DNA of 63,981 bases, counting the filler, from Conidiobolus incongruus B7586 (taxonomy: Eukaryota): assembly GCA_000697335.1 (NCBI GenBank). It is 13 parts of 13 records of this genome, joined end to end, with 100 filler letters (N's around TTAATTAATTAA, not from the genome) between each part and the next. Parts side by side here need not be neighbours in the genome. Positions count along the whole stretch, not along the records: positions 20,602 to 26,992 come from JNEM01006257.1; positions 27,093 to 41,425 come from JNEM01006258.1; 11 more parts are not named here. One strand, 5' to 3'. Shown here one piece after another: positions 24,420-36,517 of this stretch; the stretch's first letter is position 1, and each line of letters opens with the position of its first letter. The translations under genes and the position numbers were made by a program. The notes beneath the pieces were generated by a model. It was given only the letters and a program-made list of their open reading frames with translations. It made no database searches and had not been told where the DNA came from.

Positions 24420-25490
24420 TATTCTAATTTCAATACTATTCAAAAAATTCAATATCAATTAATATAAAATTAGACCTGAATTGATTTGTATTAGGCATAA
24501 TTCCAAAATTGAGCCAATTTTAAAAGCATTATATTTAAATTATGTTGGTATTTTAAGAATATATTATTTTAAAAGAACTGTCATTTATGTCAAAAATGTA
24601 ATGGTAAAATTTTTATCTAAGATACACCCTAATACCGAGATAGAAATACAATCAAAAACTGGTTAAATTTTGCAAATTTTTTTCAGTATCGTTGTAATCA
24701 ATTATTCTTGAACCAATTGAACTTTGTATAAATTCTTTTTACAATTATCATTATTGATTCACACTAAATGATCAAATTATTGTAAACACTAATAGTTCGT
24801 TCAATGCATTATAAATCGATCATTGAATTGAACTCTTTATTGGATATCAAATATTGCTTTTTAATTGAAAAATTGCTTTTAAGAAATGATTATAATTTTA
24901 CTTACAATTGCATGATATTAAAATAATATTTTAGAGATCAAGCGATATAATCATTCTTTGGAAACTTACAATAGTTTATCTACTATTAAATTCATGGAAT
25001 TGTGGTGAAATCTTTTATATTCATATAACACAGTTTCAAAAAAATGGTAATTATTGCATACTTTCAATAAAACATTAGAACAATAGATAAATTTTGAAAG
25101 CTGTAATAATTCTATATTGATTTTCAATTCCAGTTAAATACATTTTAAACTTACTAACGATTATAATGATATTGTGATTCGATTTAATTATTTTTTCCAA
25201 GTTGAACGTTATTGAGCTGTATACTGAAAATAATAATGATCTTTTTAAACCTAGTTAAGATGAATTTTTACTGATATTCAAAACAATATATATCAGGAAT
25301 ATTTCGGATTGATAATTTAATATTAGTGATGATATTGAATATTAATTCCATTTTTCAATTAAATATACAAATGATTTGAGATTATAAGAACAATAGTATT
25401 AAATCCCAATAGATGAAAAAGATTTTAGTAATTAAACAATAGCAGTCAACTTGGAAAAACTTATTATATCAATATTCACAGATAATAAAA
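24420..25490 (+). pseudogene. Possible heavily decayed F-box/leucine-rich gene
   Basis: Fragment LICIRHNSKIEPIL resembles the end of an F-box, followed by Leu/Ile-rich fragments with many stops. Weak evidence. Confidence 0.2.
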
Positions 25491-25866
25491 ACAAACTTTC
25501 AAGGAATTCAATATATCAAAGTATATATATATATATATTATTTTATGAAATCTGAAAAACTAATCATAAAAATAAAATTATATTTTAATTATGATATTAA
25601 TAAAAATATATAATAGACCAAAAATTTATTGATATTAAATTGGTTAATTGACCATCTATTATTATAGTTATTATAATCATATAATAAATTTATTTAAAGA
25701 TTATTATTAATATTTATTATTGGTAATATTGCCAATAACTTATATTATCGTCACCTTATCTAATAATTTCAATTTTCCCATAATCAATAAGTTATTTATC
25801 AATATTCAATTATAATTTTGTTTAAAAAATTAACAAAGAAAAAAAGGCACTTTATTTTTAAATATA

Positions 25867-27341
25867 CACTAGCTAATAAAAATAAGTCATAAAATTAAAA
25901 ATATAAATATTTTTATTAATATCTTAATTAATTCTAATTTAAATTAACTTATATTAAACTATGTAATAAATATATATTTTTTATTTATAATATAATATAT
26001 AAAGTTAAATTGAATTAATTATTAATTGATATATTAAAACTAAAAATAAATCTAAAGTAAGTTATAAATTTGTAGGTTTTAATATTGATAGAAAAATTAA
26101 TATCTAGTATATCTACCTTTTACTTTTTTAATCTTTTTAAGTTTGTGGGGCATAGAATTAACTAGCTTCTTATATTAAACAAGATTAATATTATTTTAAG
26201 CTTTTTAAATATACTTTTAAAATTAATTTAAATTTTTTGCTAAGGGAAAAGCTTTAATTAATTTTTTTAATTGATCTTAAAATATTTAATTAGGTTAAGA
26301 TTAAAAGATTGAGGAGGTTATTTTATAATAGTTATTTTGTTATTTTTAAGCTATTTAATAATAGAATTTATAGTATAACAAAAGGCATTATTTTATTAGA
26401 AAATAATATTTGATTTATTTAACCAATATTACTTAATAGTTTTTTTAATTTATTATTAAAAATACTTTAATATATCTTAATATTAATTCCTTTATTAACT
26501 TTATAAAGATATTTTATATCTAAAGATAATATATACCTTAAATTATAATTAACTTATTAATGTATTTTTAAGATATAATAATATAATAGTTATAAAGTAA
26601 CTTTGTATCTTTTTTGAAATATTTAATTCTTTTATTAAATTTATTAAGATATATCTTTGTTTTATTAAATTAAATAACTTTAATTTATTTTAGTTTAACT
26701 TTAATATCAATATTCAAACTCCAACTTAATTTTATATTATGACTATGTTAGTTAAAGGTGTTTTTTTTAAAAAATAAATGATATTTATTTTAACATAAAG
26801 CATATATAATAATAATAGTATTAATTAATATTTTTATATAGTTTTATAATTCTTATTATATTTTTATAATAATATTATATTTACTTATATTAGCAAATCT
26901 ACAAATGTACTTTTTATCATGCTTAACTATAATTTTAATATACTTAAGTTTTAGTTTAAGTGTTTTTTTAGCATTATTCTTAATAATTTTAANNNNNNNN
27001 NNNNNNNNNNNNNNNNNNNNNNNNNNNNNNNNNNNNTTAATTAATTAANNNNNNNNNNNNNNNNNNNNNNNNNNNNNNNNNNNNNNNNNNNNTAAGTAAT
27101 TTATATTTTATATATCTTTTTAATTTTTAAACCCATAAATTTATAACTCATCTGATTTAAAATTTAAGATTTAATATATTAACCAATAATATATTAAATA
27201 TAGTTAAATATAACCTATTATAACTAAGTAATATATTTTAATTATATATTTTAATTTGAATTAATTTAGTTAAGAATTATTTATGTTTTAGGTAAATATA
27301 TAAGTGATTTTTATTTTATGACTTATTTTTGCAGGTTAGTG
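25867..27341 (-). mobile_element. Tc1-family (DD34E) DNA transposon, decayed, both TIRs present (spans a gap)
   Basis: TA-CACTAGC...AAGTCATAAAA on the left and TTTTATGACTT...GCAGGTTAGTG-TA on the right. Internal sequence is collinear with 41526-42800. Confidence 0.85.
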
Positions 27342-27384
27342 TATATATAATCTAAAGATATTAATTTTCTTATTTGATTTATAT

Positions 27385-27586
27385 ATATTTTATTATTTGA
27401 AACTAATAATATCTTTGAAAAATAAAAAATTCAAAAATTTCCCATTTTTTAAATTCTATGGTAATATTTATATATAGTTTAAAAAATTTTTTTCCTATTT
27501 ATTTTGTATATAGTTTTTTTTTCTAAAACTAATAAGTTTGAGAAATCAGAAATTAAATATAACCCATTTCTTCAATTATGTAGTAT
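27385..27586 (-). mobile_element. Two adjacent mariner terminal fragments
   Basis: GAAAAAT...AAAAATTTCCCATTT...ATGGTAATA and GAGAAATCAGAAATT...CCCATTTCTTCAA match the mariner ends at 51340-51390 and 56770-56823. Confidence 0.65.
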
Positions 27587-28227
27587 AATGTAATAAATAT
27601 GTAAATAATGAAGATAGATCAATTTTATATTTATTAAACTATCTATTCATTTAAAGGTATTTAGAATCATAAATAAATATTAAAATATTTCAAAAGAATC
27701 TTTTATAACAAAATAGCATTGAACTAGATTTCTATATAATTATTGTATTACAAATTATTTTTGATAATACTGACTAGATATATTTTTCAACATTAGAAAG
27801 ATTGTTTATCATATTAATCAAATATAAATAATAAACTGATTAAAATATAAAATTATAAAATTTCATATTTAAAAATTTGAATCAATTATATGATCGATAG
27901 ATAGAAAACAGTTAATGCTATATATATATAATTCCTTATTAAAAATATATTTGAAGAGATATTTGAATATAAGTATTGAATAGATCATTATTAAATTTCC
28001 ACACTTATACTATCATTTTAACTAAATTAACTTCAATACAAAATTGGTAAATGAAAACAAATTAATAACCACAAATAGATCCAAAAAAAGAATAATCCCA
28101 TAATAGAGTATATATTTCTGATATATTTAAATTAAAAGTCCAGTCCTCCTTACTCAAAATACTAATAGCGGAATCAATTTTTTTTCAAATATTAGTTATC
28201 AAATAAAATAAAATAAAATAAAATATT

Positions 28228-28888
28228 ATGGCTAGTTTTTCAGCTTTAGCATTTATATTTAGTTTGATTTGTTCTGGAATTTTTATTGTATCAGCCATTT
28301 ACTTCGTAAAGAATTTTTTAAAACATAGTGAAATCAATCATTACTGAATAACATCAAATTTAGATAATTATGTATACGGATCTAGAGAGTGATTTTATCA
28401 ATCCTATTGATCTATGTAATAAACTTAATAAGGTAAACTAATACTTATTCAATTTTAACTTATATCAAGCAAATATTTATTAATATTCATACAGTTTATT
28501 CTACCAGAGATGGTAGCTCACTTATTTGTCTCATTAATTTTGATTTTTGCTGGTAATTGGCTCAGTTTCCTCTTAAATTTACCTCTTATTATTTGGAACA
28601 TCCTCAAGTAAGTTATTTAAATACGAGTTATTTCAAAATATCCAATAATTCATAATTATAGGATTTCAAAGGGAGCTCACCTATTAGATCCAACAGAAAT
28701 TTTTAGAAATGTAAATAAAGAGAAGAAAGAATGGGGCATTAAATTGGGTTTTTATCTATTTACTTTCTTTTATTATTTATATAGGTAATTTACACTACTT
28801 ATATTACAATATAATCTAATTAATTTTTTATTTTAGAATGATTGTTACTTTAATTGCTGAAAATCCTTCTGTCGATTCTACCATTTAA
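28228..28888 (+). CDS. ERV14: Cornichon-family ER cargo receptor Erv14, 5 exons
   Basis: IIMYTDLESDFINPIDLCNKLN, LPEM, LLNLPL, LLDPTEIFR, IKLGFYLFTFFYYLYRMI. Confidence 0.95.
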
Positions 28889-29272
28889 TTTAATTTTCAA
28901 ATAAAAAAGGCTGAAATTGAAATATCTCTTGTGATTAACTTTTTTATTATACCTAATTTAAATAGTTATAGTTTTCAATTATTGTGATAATATTAATAAT
29001 TTCATGGCTATAAAAAATATGATACACTGATTTCTGTCTATATATCTTATATATAAATATATATTAATAATCTAATTTGATTATATTCAATCTTTTATAC
29101 AAATATTACTCATCATCCACCAATGACTAGTTACTCTTGTGATTCAATCATCATTATCCCATAACACTGAATTCATCCTATTCCATTCACGATGATTTTA
29201 ACATTGACTAATGTGACAATTAATTCATATTAGTCTTCATAACTAAAACATTATTCCTATTCCAAATATAAT

Positions 29273-30548
29273 ATGCATCATCCAAATAATTTAACTACTT
29301 TTCATAAAGATACTGCTTTAAATCTAACATCAGTACTTGAAGGTGCCAGTCATTAAATGTTTACTTTGGTTTGTTAATTTATTTTAGAATTTCATAGGAC
29401 ATGGTGAACGTGTGTGGGCAGTCAGCTGGAGCCACTTACAGAAGGATTGTCTTTCATCTTGCAGTGGAGATAAAACCGTTCGCATTTGGTCCAAGAAGGG
29501 CCAATGGTCCTGCACCCACATTTTAGAAGGAGCTCACGAACGCACCGTTAGATCAGTTTGCTTTAACCCTGCTAAAAATGAAATAGCTTCAGCTAGTTTC
29601 GACTCAAAAACCGCTATTTGGGAGAAAGATCCCAAAGGACGTAAGTTTTAGATTGTATATTAAAAATAATTCAGATTCTTAATATAAATAATAGAATATG
29701 CATGTGTGGTTACTCTTGAAGGACATGAAAATGAAGTTAAATCAGTTTCTTGGTCTCGTTCTGGTAACTTTTTAGCAACTTGTAGTCGTGATAAAAGCGT
29801 TTGGATTTGGGAAGGTAATTTTAATATATAATATTTTTAAATTTAAATAGTATATATGAAATACATATAAATATATTAATTTTAATTTAGCTGGTGAAGA
29901 TGGAGATTTTGAATGTTTAGGTGTTTTACAAGAACATACTCAGGATGTCAAAATGGTTAAGTGGAACCCTGTTTGTGACGTAATATAATAATTTCACCAT
30001 TATTGATAATTATTAACAATGTATAATAGATTTTAGCTTCAGCTAGTTATGATGACACTATTAAAATATGGAGAGAAGATGATGATGAATGGATCTGTGC
30101 AGCTACTTTAATGGGACACAACTCAACAATTTGGGCTATAGATTTTAACCAAGATGGCAGCCATTTAGTGAGTGTTAGCGATGATTGTACTTTGAAGATT
30201 TGGAAGCGAACTGCAGTGTCTGCTTTACAAGAGCAATGGGAATGTATCCAAACCATTGAAAACGAACATCAGCGCACAATATACTCTGTTTCGTGGTCTA
30301 AAGATACTCTATTTGGATTGATTGCCACTGGATCTGGCGATAATTGCTTAAGGGTGTTTGCACCCGTCGAAGATTCATTATCTGGAGATACACTTCAGTA
30401 CGAATTGATTAATCGCATTCCTGAAGCCCATGGGTACGGTGATATCAACGCAGTTGAATGGGAACCTGCTCAATTCCAAACCAAGAGCAAATATTTGGCA
30501 TCATCTGGTGATGATGGTAAAGTAAGGATTTGGGAATTTTCCAAATAA
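29273..30548 (+). CDS. CIA1: Cytosolic Fe-S assembly WD40 protein Cia1/CIAO1
   Basis: [67 protein letters not shown]. Confidence 0.95.
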
Positions 30549-31045
30549 TGAATTAATATTAAAATCATTATGGTTATTTTGATAATATTATTAAATTGTA
30601 AAATGTTCGTGATTTATTCATTTACTAGAAATATTAGTCAAATGTAATTTTTATAATCTAATAAACTTTAAATATTTGGATATTTTTGAAAATATATTAA
30701 AACTAATTGGTCCATTTTTATCCAATCATAAATTCCATGTAACGAAATTGAAAATAAGTTATGGATATATCTATATTGCCATAATAGTAAAAAAATTATA
30801 ACGCATACTCAATTCAGTTATTTGTATGATATAATATAGTTTAATCACAATTTTTTAGAAAATTGATTGAAGCAAAATTTCAATTTGACAATCCCACAAA
30901 GTGGTAATTTGAAAGATTGAGTATAAGAACATGTGATAGCATGAAATTTATAAAAATTATGGCAAGAATAAATAATAGTCATTAACTTAGATTTAATTAT
31001 ATATATATTTTAGTCTGAATATATATAATATACTTAAAATTCATA

Positions 31046-34000
31046 ATGTATTTGAAAAAATATTCGATATTAAAACCTATAACAAACCAACGATCGAAAT
31101 TGCTTCAATCTTTATTGGTTAAAAATTTTAGTATTAAACCTATATTATTTAATGAACGTTATAATGCTGTAAATAATCCTATTTTTGGATAAATTATATA
31201 CCAAATAATTAATAAATGTTTTTCATTAATGATTAGATTGAAATCGAGGATAAAATTTTGAATCAATGGAATAGTAAGTATCATTAAAAGTATACAAATA
31301 CATTTGATTAATCAAATTACTAAATATAGATCAATCTATTGATAAAAATCAAGTCAATTATAATGAAAAATACGATATTAATATGATTTCACCTCCGCCC
31401 AATGTGACTGGCAAATTACATTTAGGCCACTCTCTTACTTTCAGTATTCAAGTATATTGATTGATATTCCTTTCCATTATAACGCTTATTAATATATTCA
31501 AATTAGGATGCAATTGCTAGGCATTATAAATTAACTGGTAAAAGTGTGAATTGGATACCTGGTACTGATCACGCTGGTATTGGTACACAATCTGTTGTAG
31601 AGAAGTATTTGTGGGCTACTAAGAAAGTAAATATATATAATATAATATAATAATAGTGAAATGGTTAATGAAATATGATTAGATAACTCGTCATCAGCTA
31701 TCCAAAGAAGATTTTTTAAAAGAGATTTGGAATTGGAGAACTCATTACGGAAATGAAATTATCAATCAGATAGTAATATTATTGAATAGTATGTATTGAA
31801 TAACAATTTAATAATTGAATTAGAAACGTATGGGCACATGTTTAAATTGGAATCATGAATTCTTTACATTGGATGACATTCGAAGCAAAGCTGTTCAAAA
31901 TAGCTTTATTGAGCTATTTAAACGTGGCTTAATCTATAGAAAACAGAGGATGGTTCATTGGTGCTGTACTTTAGAGACTGCTATTTCCGATATTGAAGTA
32001 TTGATAACTACTATTATTATTACTGAATTATATTATTTATCACATTTAATTAGGTTGATACTCAATTCATATCTAAAAGAACCCTGGTTTCTGTTCCTAA
32101 TTCAAATGAATTAGTTGAATTTGGCGTTTTACATTACATCAAGTTCCCATTGAAAGAGCCCAATTCTACATTATCACATTTATCAGTTGCAACTACTCGT
32201 CCTGAAACCATGTTAGGTGACGTTGCTTTGGCAGTTCATCCAAAAGACGAAAGATATAAAGTATGTATCGAATATAAATTATTTTATTAACTATTAATGA
32301 TTATTGTAGGGCTTAATTGGAGCTGAAGTGATTCATCCATTAACTGGCTTAGCTATTCCAATTGTTGCTGATGAAATATTAGTAGACCCTGAATGGGGTA
32401 CAGGTGTTGTCAAAGTAATATCTATATTCCATATAAACCTTTTTCTTTAATTATTGTTTATATAGATTACTCCTGCTCATAGTATGGTGGATCACGAATG
32501 TGCCATTAGAAAAAACTTGCCTATTGTTCCTATTTTTAATAGTAAAGGAAAAGTATTAGACAGTTTCCCTATTGAAGAATATAGAGTAATATATTTTAAT
32601 ATTTAATCAATCAATTATAATTTACATTCAATTTATAGTCCATTGACAGATTCCAACTTCGTAAATTAACTATCGAAAAGATTCAATCTAATGGATATTA
32701 TATTGAAGGAAAGGATCATGAAATGGTACTCAATAGATGCTCTAGAAGTGATGATATTTTGGAACCCATGCTCATTCCTCAATGGTACTAAATTTTTATT
32801 TATTAAAGTGTGATTTAACTAATTATTTATAGGTATATTGCCACTAAGAAGCTTGGTGAGAAATCTGTTGCATTGGTTAAAAATAAAGATGTTGAATTGA
32901 TTCCCAATGAATATGAAAGAGAGTGGTATCATTGGTTTCAAAACTCTCAAGATTGGTGTATCTCGCGTCAATTGGTTTGGGGTCATCCTATTCCTGCGTA
33001 TCATCTTCAGATAAATGATAGCGGCCTGAATCAATTAAATGACTATAAAGGTTGGTTATATATAGCTTTTTATCACCCAATATTTTAATTAATTCTTTAA
33101 TAGATCAATGGTGGGTTGGTGCCAATATCGAAGAAATTAAATCACAAGTTCAATCTCAGTTTGATCAAGACAAAATTGATTTAAATGTTTCAGAGCTTAT
33201 TGAGCAGGATAAAATTTCAATTAAACAAGTCAGTAACATTTTTGTAATTAATCAAATTACACTAACTTGACCGTTTAGGATCCTGATGTACTTGACACTT
33301 GGTTTTCTTCTGCTTTACTCCCATTGTCTGCTAATGGATGGACAGGACCTTCTGACAAACTTCCTGTAAATATTTAATGAATATTACTTGTACGTTTCTG
33401 ACTTGTTTTCCAATTATAGATAAACTATCCTACTAATTTCTTAGAAACTGGATCAGATATTTTATCTTTTTGGGTATCTAGAATGACAATGTTATGTACA
33501 GAACTCTCTAATGGAACTGCTCCATTCAACTCAGTTGTACTCCATCCCATGGTGAGATATAAACTAATCATTTTATCATATATGAGTTAACACAATTGCT
33601 AATATAGATCCGTGATGCTAGAGGCAAAAAGATGTCCAAATCATTGGGAAATGTGATTGATCCAATGCATATCATTTATGGTGCCAATATTGAACAATTA
33701 AAAGCCCCTATCCTTAACTCGCAGTTAAGTGAAGCGGAAAAAGAAAGGTATTATTAGTTAATTTAGTTGGATAATATCAGTGTATTAAATTTATTTAGGA
33801 GCATTAAATTACTACATCAACAATTTCCAAATGGTATCCCAGCTTGCGGCTCTGATGCACTCAGATTTTGCCTTTTGAACTATACTCAACAAGTAACATA
33901 TTTATATATAAATATTCGATTTATTCATTTATTAATTTCAAAATTTAGACTAGGAAGATCAATTTGAGCCTAGACAGTGTAGTATCAGCATCTCAATTCA

Positions 34001-35210
34001 ACAACAAATTGTGGAATATTTATCACTTTATGTTAAGTAGATTGAAAGCATTCCAATCAAATTATCCTAGCCATTTTGATAATCGTTCAAGGGTTGTTGA
34101 AGGTCAATTAAGCCTACTTAACAGATATATTCTCTCAAAATTTTCCACTACTGTTCAACAAATATTAAAGGGTTATGAACAATATCAACTACATTTAGTC
34201 ACTGGAGCAGTGAAACAATTCTTAGAAGATCATGTAGCTGACGTCTACTTCGAATTTTCTAAACCTCTTCTCTATTCAATTGATGAAACTCCAGCCAAAG
34301 TAACTGATTACAAATATTTGATAATTTGTATACTAATTAATTGTATAGGATTTGATCGATACCTGTATTATCCTTGAGCAAATCTTTGAAATCAGTTTAA
34401 TAGTATTGCATCCTATCATGCCACTATTTTCTGAAGCAATATGGATGAAATTAAGAGATTTGAACCCTCATTTGACTACCAGTTTACAATTGGCCCAATA
34501 TCCCAATTTTGATCATCTAACAAAATTTAAAGATGTCAAGAGTGAAAAAGAATTCCAAGTAACTAACTATTTAATTTTTCATTTTTATTATATTTTAAAT
34601 ATTTGTTTATAGTCTATTTTAGATATATTAAGTGGTATCAGACTATTGAAACATAATCATAAAATTCAAAAATCTGATAAAATTGAGCTAACCATCTATT
34701 GCTATAAGAATCAATATGATTACATTCAACATTACGAGTCAGATATTAAGAGATTGTGTAAACTCAATAACTGGACTATTCATTTCAAAGTAAACACCAT
34801 ATACCTTACTCATGAATATACTAATACCTATATTTAGGATGATATTAACTTTACCGAATCCATTTTAAATCCCGAATCAGAACTTATTTTACCAGTTGAT
34901 AACGATCGAATTCATATTACCATTTCTAAAAAATCTATTACAGCCAATCAGCCTAAAGATCTCAAGAGAATATCCATTTTGAAGACCAAATTAAACAAAG
35001 CTCAATTAAAATTAGAGCAATTGAAATCTAAGATGACTAGTGACAGATATCAAAGAGCTCCCGAAAAAGCTAAAATTAAAGATAGGTAATATACAGATAA
35101 ATATATATATTTAATATATGTTATTAATATTTATGTTATATAGAGAGTATGAAATTGCACTTCAAACTCAAATTAATCAATTAGAATTAGAATTACAAAG
35201 TCTTGAATAA
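31046..35210 (+). CDS. Valyl-tRNA synthetase, probably mitochondrial; about 20 short introns
   Basis: [13 protein letters not shown] (HIGH), [54 protein letters not shown]. Basic N-terminal presequence and C-terminal coiled coil. Confidence 0.95.
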
Positions 35211-36517
35211 GTTTTCTATTATTTAATTAAATCTATTGAACTTACAATCACATATTTATGATGTATTTTATATCCTTTTTTAATAGAATTTTATTTTGAA
35301 TTACGTCTGTTTAGCTAATATACATAATGATTTGAAAATTTTGTAATAATAAATGTTATTTTTGCATAAGAATATACTGGCATTACTTTAAATGCTCTGA
35401 TGTTTCAATTTTTTCAATATTATATTAGAATGAAATATTAAAAATTTTTTGATAGAATAATATATCAATTTATATTATATAAAATCATACAATGTTTTTT
35501 ATAATCACCAACAATATTGTAAATTGAATTTTTTTTCTTGAATGAATATTGTTATTGACTATGTTCATTTAAATAAACTTTTAAAATCATTTGAAATCAT
35601 TGTGATAATTTTGACTAGGTCAAATAACAAAGTATGCAATATGATGTTTTATGTGATTTATTCATTATAAAGAAAGGATTACATTATGTTATGGTATCAA
35701 ATCTTGAAGCCTATTTCATATGTTTATAACAAAATATATTTCTAACTCGTTAAAAAATCACAAAAGCTTTAGTAATATCAATATCATTATATCATTGAAT
35801 ACACAATAAATAGTATAAACAATGATATTAAAATTGGATCACTTTCATTGATATGATGATATAGGTGGATAGAGACATTAGTCACATTTCTATTAAAATT
35901 AATATCTCAAAATCCATTTTAGCAAGAACATCTGACATCTTTATCCTATTAAATATTTTAATTCTAATTTAATTCCGAATTAACCCACGGTTTTATAGCT
36001 ATTTGATAAGGCTTACATATTGAAACATAATCCAATTTAAACCAGTATATTTATCATCAGATTATAATTTTTTGAATGAAGAGTGATCATATGCGTACTA
36101 CATCATTGGCACTGATCATGGATTTGTCAAAAGAACATTATATTTTATTGGGTAAACTGTAATGAACTAACTAAATCATTATCATTCATAATCAATATAA
36201 ACAGTGTTTATTATGAATTGATTGTATTGATTATGAAATGAATTTTCCCACCATGATATTTATTTTACCTCTAAGAGATGAATTTGATTTGAATTTAAAT
36301 ACATTCTAACAATTATCATTTGTACAATGATTTGATTGGTTTATATTTGATTTGTAGATTAAGTAGCATCATCAAATAAAATTTCAAAGTATAAAAAGCT
36401 GATGATGTATAAAATTGCTAATTTATCAACATTTTAAGTACTTTAATCAAGTGTATTATTTATTAATACCCAACTGTTGATAATCTCCAAACTTGTAAAT
36501 TAGCCAACTTGATTAAA

